A model generated the notes under the pieces. It had not been told where the DNA came from, ran no database searches, and saw only the letters and a list, made by a program, of their open reading frames with translations. This document shows positions 9,934 through 23,066 of a stretch of 53,748 nucleotides of DNA, piece by piece. The stretch spans positions 1 through 53,748 of the forward strand of contig DATNIJ010000052.1 in NCBI GenBank assembly GCA_035604475.1, given 5' to 3'. A program made the position numbers and the translations under genes. This DNA is from Alphaproteobacteria bacterium. GTDB lineage: Bacteria; Pseudomonadota; Alphaproteobacteria; JACZXZ01. How positions within the stretch are numbered: position 1 is the stretch's first letter; each line of letters opens with the position of its first letter.

Positions 9934-10221
9934 GTGCGCATGCCGGCCATCGAGAGTTACGAGCGCCACGAGATGGCGAGCCACGGCCCGGAGCGGCAGC
10001 TCTGGTGCGCGGTGCTCCACCGTGCCTTGCAGGACGCGACGAACTGCATCGCCACCGTCTCCGGAGAGGACGAGCGGCAGCGCATTCGCGACGACGCGCG
10101 CAACTGGTTTCTGCGCAACGGCTACGATTTCCGCATCGCCTGCGAAGCCGCGGGATACGATCCGGACTATTTGCGCTGCGTCGTCCTGCCGCTGATCGCT
10201 CCCAAGCGCGCCAAATCCTGA
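9934..10221 (+). CDS. Hypothetical small protein
   Basis: 95 aa. AGGAGG lies 7 nt upstream of GTG 9934, and an ATG follows at 9940. I recognise no family. Confidence 0.5.
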   Translation: MRMPAIESYERHEMASHGPERQLWCAVLHRALQDATNCIATVSGEDERQRIRDDARNWFLRNGYDFRIACEAAGYDPDYLRCVVLPLIAPKRAKS

Positions 10222-10421
10222 GCCGCCGGCGACTGTCTCAAGGGTTCCGCAGGCGAACTTCCGGCCCTTCGTGACGCCGCGCAGCACCCGAAGGCCTTGC
10301 CAGGCAGCCGCAGATTGATTAGCTTCCGAACGATACCGGGCCGGACCGCCGTTGTGCAATCGCTCTTCTTGCACTAAGCGCGCGTCCGCTCGTTCCTCGG
10401 CACCGCGGATCAAGTCAAGCC

Positions 10422-10979
10422 ATGGATGCGTTGACGGCCCTCAAGACCCGTGTCTCTCCGATCAAGCTCGCCGAGCCCGCGCCGACGGCCGAGGCGCTCG
10501 AAGCGATGCTCGCGGCCGCCGTCTCGGCGCCCGATCACGGCAGGCTGAGGCCGTGGCGTTTTCTCATTTTCGACGGAGCGGCGCGGGAGCGTTTCGGGGA
10601 GTTGCTGGAGCAGTCCTTGCTCCGGCGCGAGCCGGAGGCGCCCGCCGCCAAGCGCGATGCCGAGCGCAAGAAGGCGGAGCGCGCGCCCCTTATCATCGTC
10701 GTCGCCGCCGCGGTCAAGGACGATGCGAAAATTCCGCCGATCGAGCAGATCGTCGCGGTGGGGGCCGCGGCACAGAATCTTCTCGTTGCGGCCCATGCGC
10801 TCGGCTACGGCGGCTTCTGGCGCACCGGGGCTGCCGCCTATGATGCGATCTTCAAGCGCGAGCTCGGCCTCGCCGAAAGCGATGCGATCGTGGGCTTCCT
10901 TTACGTAGGCTCCGTGGCCACGCCGGGACAGCCGAGACGGAGCGAGGCAGCGGACGCCGTTCGCCGTCTGCCGAGCTGA
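10422..10979 (+). CDS. Nitroreductase family protein
   Basis: 185 aa. The N-terminus ALKTRVSPIKLAEPAPTAEALEAMLAAAVSAPDHGRLRPWRFLIF is typical of NAD(P)H nitroreductases. Confidence 0.8.
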   Translation: MDALTALKTRVSPIKLAEPAPTAEALEAMLAAAVSAPDHGRLRPWRFLIFDGAARERFGELLEQSLLRREPEAPAAKRDAERKKAERAPLIIVVAAAVKDDAKIPPIEQIVAVGAAAQNLLVAAHALGYGGFWRTGAAAYDAIFKRELGLAESDAIVGFLYVGSVATPGQPRRSEAADAVRRLPS

Positions 10980-11084
10980 GCGTTTCCGAGCGGCCCCTTT
11001 CGCCAATCCGCCCGGCGGAGCGGAGTGCGCACATAGTACTGTGAACGAGAAGCGCCTGGGGCTGGGAAACGCGGGTCGGAAATC

Positions 11085-11161
11085 TGGTGGGCCCGGCAGG
11101 ACTCGAACCTGCGACAACACCGTTATGAGCGGTGCGTTCTAACCAGCTGAACTACGGGCCC
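11085..11161 (-). tRNA. tRNA with anticodon CAT (Met; acceptor stem suggests tRNA-Ile2/lysidine type)
   Basis: The reverse complement GGGCCCGTAGTTCAGCTGGTTAGAACGCACCGCTCATAACGGTGTTGTCGCAGGTTCGAGTCCTGCCGGGCCCACCA folds into a full cloverleaf with a CTCATAA anticodon loop, a GTTCGAGTC T-loop and an encoded CCA. It lacks initiator features: there is no 1:72 mismatch and no 3x G-C anticodon stem. Confidence 0.93.
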
Positions 11162-11235
11162 TTGCCAGAAGACGGACGAGGGACGACGGACGACAGAAAA
11201 GCGGCCGCCTTTCGCTTCCTTTCCGTCCTCTGTCC

Positions 11236-13263
<2,028 letters not shown>

Positions 13264-13336
13264 GCCGCCGTCGCCCCTTCCGATCGTGATGAAACCAACG
13301 ACCGCACCCCCCTTCCCCGAGAGCGCTTCCTGCCAC

Positions 13337-14230
13337 TTACCTTCTCCTCTTCCCCTTGCGAAAGAGGAACTCGTCCCGCTCGTGGTCGAGCGCATGTTCC
13401 TTAAGAGCCAAAACCTCGCGCCGACCCGCCTGTAGACGGATCAGCCCTTCGTCGGTCATATGCTCGGCCAATTCGCGTTCCGCCTTCTCAACCTCCCGCG
13501 TGGCATGGGAGCTGGAGAGAAGGTCGTAGCTGTGCCGCCACGCCCTCGCTGCCTGCTCGAGGCTCGAGTCCTGAGCCGCAACCCAGGCATCACGGGCCAG
13601 GACACGCGCGAGCGCGCCACCGAAACCGGATGCCACTAGGTGGTTTTTCAGCGCCTCTGTGTCAATATCCGGCTTCCAGGTCTTTATGATCTCGCGCCTC
13701 AGCTCGTCAAGCTCACCCTTGGGCAGCTCAAGGGTGCCAAAGAGCTCGCCGAGCTGATCCAGGAGCGCCGGGTGGCTTACGATTGCGGCCACCAGCCCCT
13801 CCTGGCCGAGCCTGGGCAATGTTTCGGGCTTGCGCGGCCCCTTGAGACCCGCAGCCCCCGGCTCAAGCCCCCGCCGGTCGCCGGGACGGCGCTCCCTGCG
13901 GCCCGCAAAGCCACCCTTGGTCGCTTGGCCGCCGTAATGCTGGTGATAGCGGGCCCAAAGCTCCTGCCGATAGGTTTTCTGCACCGCGTCATTTTTGATC
14001 CGCCGGGCGGTCGCCTCGATGCGCTCTTTCAATCGCGCCCTGCGCTCGGGCGTATCGGCGGGGTGTGCGGCGATCTCCAGCTCCCAGATGAGATCGACCA
14101 GCGGGCGGGCCTCGCTCAAGAGCGTGCGCACGGCCCCAACCCCGCCTTCCTCTCGGAGAAGGGTGTCGGGATCCTCGCCCGCGGGCAGGCGCACGAAGCT
14201 GAGCGACTTGCCGGGAGCCAAGAGCGGCAG
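13337..14230 (-). CDS. dnaG: DNA primase DnaG, C-terminal portion (from the end of the Toprim domain), in a different frame from the N-terminal portion
   Basis: [30 protein letters not shown] continues the canonical primase sequence that follows the DGDxAG motif. This frame is open from about 14230, and the ORF track calls it from TTG 14221. Confidence 0.8.
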   Translation of the reverse strand: MPLLAPGKSLSFVRLPAGEDPDTLLREEGGVGAVRTLLSEARPLVDLIWELEIAAHPADTPERRARLKERIEATARRIKNDAVQKTYRQELWARYHQHYGGQATKGGFAGRRERRPGDRRGLEPGAAGLKGPRKPETLPRLGQEGLVAAIVSHPALLDQLGELFGTLELPKGELDELRREIIKTWKPDIDTEALKNHLVASGFGGALARVLARDAWVAAQDSSLEQAARAWRHSYDLLSSSHATREVEKAERELAEHMTDEGLIRLQAGRREVLALKEHALDHERDEFLFRKGKRRR

Positions 14231-15179
14231 CGCGCCCCGCCGCGCGCGCGCCCGCCGCGTCGCCGTCGAAGCAGAGCACGGGCTCGTCGACGAGGCGCCA
14301 GAGGAGTGCCAGTTGCGCCTCGGTCAAGGCGGTCCCCAGCGGCGCCACCGCGTCGTTGAAGCCCGCCTTGTGCAGCGCGATCACGTCCATATAGCCCTCG
14401 ACCACGATGAGCCGGCCGCTCTCGGCTGCCCCGCGCCGGGCATGGGCCAGGCCGTAGAGCATCTTGCCCTTGTGGAAGAGCTCGCCTTCCCGCGAATTTA
14501 TGTATTTGGGCGTCGCCTCGCCGAGCGTACGCGCGCCGAACGCGACGATGCGTCCGCGCGCGTCCGCGATCGGAAAGATGACGCGGGCGCGGAAATAATC
14601 GTAGCTCTCGTTGCGCTCCTCGCTATGGGCGATCAGCCCCGCCTCGAGCAAAAGCGCCTCGGGATAGCCTTCCTTGAGGAGGTGGCTCTTGAGCGCATTG
14701 CGCTCGGGTGCCCAACCGAGGCGGAAGCGGGCGATGGTCGTCTCGTCCAGGCCGCGGCGGTGGAGATAGTCGAGTGCCGCCCGTCCGGGCGGGCCCGCGA
14801 GCTGCTTCTCGTAGAAGGTGCTGGCGGCCTCGAGTGCGGAGCCGAGGGTCTTGAGCTTCTCCGCGCGCGCGCGCTCTTGCGGCGAGGATTGCGGTACGGC
14901 GAGGCCCGCCTCGGCGGCAAGCCGCTCGATCGCCTCGGGAAAGCTCAGATGCTCGCTGCGCATGACGAAGCCGATCACGTCGCCGTGGGCGCCGCAGCCG
15001 AAGCAATGGAAGAAGCCCTTCTCCTCGTTGACCGTGAAGGAGGGGGTCTTCTCGTTGTGGAACGGGCACAGGCCGAGGTGCTCGCGGCCCTTGCGCTGGA
15101 GCTTGACGCGCCGGGAGATCGCATCGACGAGCCCCACTCGGGCACGCAGCTCGTCGAGAAATTGTGGAGACAAGGCCAT
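14231..15179 (-). CDS. dnaG: DNA primase DnaG, N-terminal portion (zinc-binding and RNA polymerase/Toprim domains), frame lost near 14231
   Basis: Start at MALSPQFLDELRARV. Zinc ribbon CPFHNEKTPSFTVNEEKGFFHCFGCGAHGD, Toprim EGYMDV and CFDGDAAG are present. After ..AAGRA the frame runs on as non-homologous sequence to a stop at 13989. Confidence 0.85.
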
Positions 15180-15351
15180 CAGGCCGGACCCGCACGCAAC
15201 TCGAGGCTCCCCCACCGGGCGACCCGCCGCCGCCCTCTGCGGCCTCCCCCTGAGGCCGGTCACCCTCTATGTGTTATGGCCGGGGCGCGGCAGCAACGGG
15301 CAGGCGCAAATTATGCGACTCGACCCCTACCCCCTCAACGCTCTCCCGGCC

Positions 15352-15813
15352 TCAGCTTCCTGCCAGCCTCGCCTTGACGAGCATGCTCGCCTTCGCGAAA
15401 TCCATGGTCCCGGCAAAGCGCTCCTTGAGCTTCGCCATCACCTTTCCCATGTCCTTCATCCCGCTGGCACCGAGCTCGCCGACCACTTTTGTGATCGCCT
15501 CCGCCATCTCGCTTTCCGAGAGCTGGCGCGGCATGAACGACTCGATGACCGCAATCTCGCCCCTTTCCTTCTCCGCGAGCTCGGGCCGGCGGCCGCGCTC
15601 GTAGAGCTCGATCGACTCGTGCCGCTGTTTGATCATGCCCTGCATCATCGCGACCATCTCCTCATCGGAGATGCCCTCCGGCTTGCCCTTGGGGCGGGCC
15701 TCGATGTCGCGCTCCTTAAGCCGCGCCAAGATGAGGCGCACCGTCGAAACGGAACGCGCGTCCCTCGCTTTCATCGCGGTCTTGAGGGCCTCGCTCAGGC
15801 GGGCACGGAGCAT
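15352..15813 (-). CDS. GatB/YqeY domain-containing protein
   Basis: MLRARLSEALKTAMKARDARSVSTVRLILARLKERDIE...GASGMKDMGKVMAKLKERFAGTMDFAKASMLVKARL is the typical YqeY sequence. It lies upstream of dnaG. Confidence 0.85.
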   Translation of the reverse strand: MLRARLSEALKTAMKARDARSVSTVRLILARLKERDIEARPKGKPEGISDEEMVAMMQGMIKQRHESIELYERGRRPELAEKERGEIAVIESFMPRQLSESEMAEAITKVVGELGASGMKDMGKVMAKLKERFAGTMDFAKASMLVKARLAGS

Positions 15814-15927
15814 GGAAGGGGACGCCTGCATGGAAAGGGAGCACGGTAACCGGAAACGCTCCGTGGCGCAAGGGATTAACACGGATTAAGCGCTTGAATT
15901 CGCAAGAAATTTTTCGACGCACCCGGC

Positions 15928-15956
15928 TTGACGCCGGCATGGCATTTGCTTATCTA
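15928..15956 (+). promoter_or_regulatory. Putative sigma-70 type promoter of carA
   Basis: TTGACG (15928-15933)-N17-TATCTA (15951-15956), about 55 nt upstream of the carA start. An AT-rich tract TTGAATTCGCAAGAAATTTTTCG lies just upstream. Confidence 0.4.
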
Positions 15957-16009
15957 AGCCGCGGCCCGCCGCACCACGGCTTACGCGCGGCAGCCGGGGA
16001 ACCATCCGC

Positions 16010-17194
16010 ATGTCGCAGCAAGAGCCCACGCGCGCAGAATCGCGGCTGCCGGCGCCGCCGGCGGTCACAGCCGTGCTGGCGCTCTCCGATGGCACGCTCT
16101 ACTGGGGCCGCGGCATCGGTGCCGCAGGCAAGGTCGTGGGCGAGGTCTGCTTCAACACCTCGATCACCGGCTACCAGGAGATCCTCACGGATCCCTCCTA
16201 CGCCGGGCAGATCATCACCTTCACCTTCCCCCACATCGGCAACGTCGGCACCAACTCCGAGGACATCGAGACCATGACGCCGGCGGCGCGCGGCCTCATC
16301 GTCCGCGACGACCCTACGGAGCCGAGCAACTGGCGCGCGACACAGCACCTCAACTCCTGGCTCGTCGGCCACGGGCTTCCCGGGCTCGCCGGCATCGACA
16401 CGCGCCGTCTCACGCGGCGCTTGCGGGAAGGCGGGGCTGCGAACGGCGTCCTGTGCTTTGCCCCCGATGGCCGCTTCGATGTCGAGGCGCTGATCGGCGA
16501 GGCCGCCGCCTGGCCCGGGCTCGAGGGCATGGACCTCGCGCGCGAGGTCAGTTGCCGGCAGACCTATCAGTGGGACGAGACGCGCTGGGTGCTCGGAGCG
16601 GGCTATGGCCGGCAGCTGGAACCGACGCTCCACGTGGTCGCGGTCGATTACGGCGCCAAGCGCAACATCCTGCGCTGTCTCGCCTCCGCCGGCTGTCGGG
16701 TCACCGTGGTGCCCGCGACGACGAGTGCTCAGGCCATCCTCGGCCTCCTGCCCCACGGCGTCTTCCTCTCGAACGGTCCGGGCGACCCGGCGGCGACCGG
16801 CGAATATGCGGTGCCGATGATCCGGCAGATCATCGAGGCGGGAGTCCCCACCTTCGGCATCTGCCTCGGCCATCAGATGATGGCGCTAGCACTTGGCGCC
16901 CGGACCGAGAAGATGCACCACGGCCATCGCGGGGCGAATCACCCGGTCAAGGATCTGCAAACCGGCAAGGTCGAGATTACCAGCCAGAACCACGGCTTCG
17001 TCGTGGTCGAGGCGTCGATGCCGAGCGGACTCGAGGTCACCCACCGCTCGCTCTTCGACGGCAGCGTCGAGGGCTTCCGCCTCAAGGACATGCCCGTCTT
17101 CGCCGTGCAATATCATCCCGAGGCCTCGCCCGGTCCGCGCGACAGCCATTACCTCTTCGCACGCTTCGTCAAGCTGATGGAAGAGAACGCATGA
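16010..17194 (+). CDS. carA: Carbamoyl-phosphate synthase small (glutamine amidotransferase) subunit
   Basis: 394 aa. It has the GICLGHQ catalytic Cys motif, HGHRGANHPV and AVQYHPEA. Confidence 0.95.
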   Translation: MSQQEPTRAESRLPAPPAVTAVLALSDGTLYWGRGIGAAGKVVGEVCFNTSITGYQEILTDPSYAGQIITFTFPHIGNVGTNSEDIETMTPAARGLIVRDDPTEPSNWRATQHLNSWLVGHGLPGLAGIDTRRLTRRLREGGAANGVLCFAPDGRFDVEALIGEAAAWPGLEGMDLAREVSCRQTYQWDETRWVLGAGYGRQLEPTLHVVAVDYGAKRNILRCLASAGCRVTVVPATTSAQAILGLLPHGVFLSNGPGDPAATGEYAVPMIRQIIEAGVPTFGICLGHQMMALALGARTEKMHHGHRGANHPVKDLQTGKVEITSQNHGFVVVEASMPSGLEVTHRSLFDGSVEGFRLKDMPVFAVQYHPEASPGPRDSHYLFARFVKLMEENA

Positions 17195-17247
17195 GCGCAG
17201 CAAATTATAATAGCTGGTTCGTTCCGCTGCACGTGATCCAAGACCTT

Positions 17248-17283
17248 AAATCCCCCTCCCCCCTTGAGGGGGAGGGGGATTTT
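17248..17283 (+). terminator. Strong GC hairpin with trailing U-tract between carA and carB (terminator/attenuator-like or REP-like)
   Basis: AAATCCCCCTCCCCC-CTTGA-GGGGGAGGGGGATTT forms a 16-bp perfect stem with a 5-nt loop and ends in TTTT. It lies 23 nt upstream of the carB ATG. Confidence 0.45.
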
Positions 17284-17305
17284 CCTCTCGCCAATGACCG
17301 CGCCC

Positions 17306-20557
<3,252 letters not shown>

Positions 20558-20639
20558 GATCCACCTCATAGCCCGGGCGAACGCAGGCCTGCCCGGCTAT
20601 GAGAGGTATTGTCTGTTCAGGACCAGGTTGGACGCGGCC

Positions 20640-21110
20640 ATGGACAAAATGCCGATCACCCCGAAAGGATTGGCCCGCCTTCAGGAGGAGCTGCGCCGTC
20701 TCAAGACGGTCGAGCGGCCGACGGTCATTCGCGCGCTCGAGGAGGCGCGCACCCACGGCGATCTTTCGGAGAACGCCGAATACCATGCGGCGCGCGATCG
20801 TCAGAGCTTCATCGAGGGCAGGGTCGCCGAGCTCGAGGACAAGATCCGACGCGCCGAGGTGATCGACGTGACCAAGCTGAAGGGAAAGGCCGTCAAGTTC
20901 GGGGCCACCGTCGACCTCGTCGATGTCGATACGGACGAGGAGGTGACGTTCCAGATCGTCGGCGCGGAGGAGTCCGACATCACCTCGGGCAAGCTTTCCA
21001 TCATCTCGCCGCTTGCCCGCGCGCTGATCGGCAAGGAGGTCGGCGAGAGCGTGGAAGTCTCCACGCCGCGCGGCTCCAAGGTCTACGAGATTCAGAAAGT
21101 GCGGTTCTGA
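20640..21110 (+). CDS. greA: Transcription elongation factor GreA
   Basis: MDKMPITPKGLARLQEELRRLKTVERPTVIRALEEARTHGDLSENAEYHAARDRQSFIEGR is the canonical GreA coiled-coil with the DLSENAEY motif. Confidence 0.95.
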   Translation: MDKMPITPKGLARLQEELRRLKTVERPTVIRALEEARTHGDLSENAEYHAARDRQSFIEGRVAELEDKIRRAEVIDVTKLKGKAVKFGATVDLVDVDTDEEVTFQIVGAEESDITSGKLSIISPLARALIGKEVGESVEVSTPRGSKVYEIQKVRF

Positions 21111-21120
21111 AGGCCGGAGC

Positions 21121-21330
21121 GCAACGCAGTTCGTCGTTGCGAGGAGGCGGAGCCGACCTGCCTGCGCGAAGCCGCAGCGGCTTCGCTCCCGCCTTCGCGA
21201 AGCCCGCTTCGGCGGGCGAAGGAAGGTCGGCGGAGGCAGGCGAAGCAGCCCAGGAGTGTCCAATGAAACCTGATGTGGTGGATTGCTTCGCCTGCGGCTC
21301 GCAATGACGTCGGTGAAGCTTCGGAAGCAG
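21121..21330. repeat. Cluster of GC-rich nested hairpins / REP-like elements in the greA-lrp convergent spacer
   Basis: Hairpins present are GCAACG-N8-CGTTGC, GCGAAGCC-GCAGC-GGCTTCGC and GCCCGC-TTCG-GCGGGC, the last flanked by CCTTCGCGAA/GAAGG. A GCGAAGC motif recurs. Confidence 0.5.
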
Positions 21331-21350
21331 GCGTTCAAGCGGGCACGGCA

Positions 21351-21851
21351 CTAAGGCTTCTCCGTCGTCTGTCCTCCGTCACCCGGTTCGACCGGAATCC
21401 CGGGTACGGCCTTGGAGGTGCGGATGACCTGGATCGTGCGGACGTGCACGACATGGGCTGAAGAGGTGAGCTTGGTCGTGAGTTCGTTCTCGTGAGCCGT
21501 GTTGCGTGCGACGAGCTTGAGCACGAAGTCGTCGGGGCCGCGCGCCATGAAACACTCGCGCACCTCCGGCCATGCTCCCACCCTCTCCTCGAATGCCGTG
21601 AGCACCGCCTCCGACTGGCTGTCCAAGCCGACAAGGGCGAAAAACATCACCTCGAAACCGAGCCGCTCGGGATCGAGCTCGGCGTGATAGCCGCGAATGA
21701 AACCGGCTTCCTCGAGCGCGCGGACGCGGCGCAGGCATGGCGGCGCCGAAATGCCGGCCCGTTTGGCGAGTGCCACATTGGTGATGCGCCCATCATCCTG
21801 AAGATCATGCAGGATTCGGCGATCGATTCGGTCGAGCTTCACGTGTCGCAT
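21351..21851 (-). CDS. Lrp/AsnC family transcriptional regulator
   Basis: MRHVKLDRIDRRILHDLQDDGRITNVALAKRAGISAPPCLRRVRALEEAGFIRGY is the HTH region, followed by an AsnC-type ligand domain. An alternative GTG start is at 21857. Confidence 0.9.
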   Translation of the reverse strand: MRHVKLDRIDRRILHDLQDDGRITNVALAKRAGISAPPCLRRVRALEEAGFIRGYHAELDPERLGFEVMFFALVGLDSQSEAVLTAFEERVGAWPEVRECFMARGPDDFVLKLVARNTAHENELTTKLTSSAHVVHVRTIQVIRTSKAVPGIPVEPGDGGQTTEKP

Positions 21852-21926
21852 GACCACTCGCCCCCTTTGGCGCAGGTGCCGTCGGCTCGCATGCGCAACA
21901 AAATTACGACTTTAGACCTATGCGTA

Positions 21927-21943
21927 TTGAAATAATATTTCAA
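21927..21943. promoter_or_regulatory. Perfect 17-bp AT-rich palindrome in the lrp / ELM1-family divergent promoter region
   Basis: TTGAAATA-A-TATTTCAA (8-1-8). A direct repeat CCATATTGCGG occurs at 21947-21957 and again at 22011-22021. Confidence 0.45.
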
Positions 21944-22040
21944 GGCCCATATTGCGGAAATTTAATTGCATTTGCCAGGCGGCCCCCTTGCCGAGTTTAG
22001 GGCGGGGTTGCCATATTGCGGCGCCGTTATCCGGGGTTCC

Positions 22041-23039
22041 ATGACAAAGCCAAGCTGCTGGATCGTCACCGAGGGCGCTGCCGGCATGGAGAGCCAGTGC
22101 CGCGGGCTAAGCGACGCGCTCGGGCTCGAGGCGGTGATCAAGCGCGTCAATCCGCGCCTTCTGTGGCTGGCACTGCCGTCCAATTGGTGGCCCTGCCCCT
22201 TCCGCTCGCTCGGTCCCGGCAGCGATCGCTTCGCCCCCCCCTGGCCGGACATCCTGATCAGCTGCGGGCGCAAAAGTGTCGCCATAGCGCTCGCGGTGAA
22301 GCGGGCGAGCCGCGGACGGAGCTTCCTCGTGCATGTTCAGGATCCGCTCATGAACACCGCCGCCTTCGACCTGGTGGCAGCCCCCCGGCACGACCGGGTC
22401 AAGGGCGCCAACGTAATCGCGACGCGCGGAGCGCTTCATCCGGTGACACCGGAGAAGCTCGCAGAAGCCGCTCGGCATTTCCGCCCGCTCTTCGCGGCAC
22501 TCCCCCGCCCCCTCGTCGCGGTATTGGTCGGCGGCGCCAACGGCCGCGACCGCTTCACGCCCGCGGATGCCGCGCGCATCGCGGACCGGCTCGTCGAGCT
22601 CGCCCGCGGGACCGGCGCCGGCCTTGCCGTGACGCCCTCGCGTCGCACCGGTGCGGAGTACGAGCGCATCTTGCGCGAGCGTCTCAAGGAGGTTGCCGCC
22701 TACCTGTGGGACGGCACTGGCGAGAACCCCTATCTCGGCCTGCTGGCGCTCTCCGACTACATCCTGGTGACGGCCGATTCCGTATCGATGGCGTCCGAGG
22801 CCTGCGCCACAGGAAAGCCGGTCTACATCCTCGAGCTCGCCGGCGGGTCCAAGCGCCACCGGAAATTTCATGACGAGCTGCGCGAGGCGGGCTTGACGCG
22901 ACCCTTCGAGGGACGGCTCGAGCGCTGGAGCTACGCCCCGCTCCTCGATGCCGAACCGGTGGCGGCCGAGGTGCGGCGGCGCCTCTCCCGCCGAGCGCGC
23001 GCGAAAGTTGAGGCGGAGCCGGCGCAAAATCGGCTATAA
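22041..23039 (+). CDS. ELM1/DUF1022 (mitochondrial fission ELM1) family protein
   Basis: Start at MTKPSCWIVTEGAAGMESQCRGLSDALGLE, the typical N-terminus of bacterial ELM1-family proteins. The C-terminal part ..ILVTADSVSMASEACATGKPVYI.. resembles a GT-B-like nucleotide-sugar site. Confidence 0.75.
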   Translation: MTKPSCWIVTEGAAGMESQCRGLSDALGLEAVIKRVNPRLLWLALPSNWWPCPFRSLGPGSDRFAPPWPDILISCGRKSVAIALAVKRASRGRSFLVHVQDPLMNTAAFDLVAAPRHDRVKGANVIATRGALHPVTPEKLAEAARHFRPLFAALPRPLVAVLVGGANGRDRFTPADAARIADRLVELARGTGAGLAVTPSRRTGAEYERILRERLKEVAAYLWDGTGENPYLGLLALSDYILVTADSVSMASEACATGKPVYILELAGGSKRHRKFHDELREAGLTRPFEGRLERWSYAPLLDAEPVAAEVRRRLSRRARAKVEAEPAQNRL

Positions 23040-23066
23040 GCGCCCGTTCATAGACCAAGGCGGCCC

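Noticed and set aside
10980-11235. Integrated mobile element at the tRNA-CAT gene
   Set aside because: There is no integrase, excisionase or phage/transposon gene on either side, and I saw no direct repeat of the tRNA 3' end in the flanking 3-4 kb.
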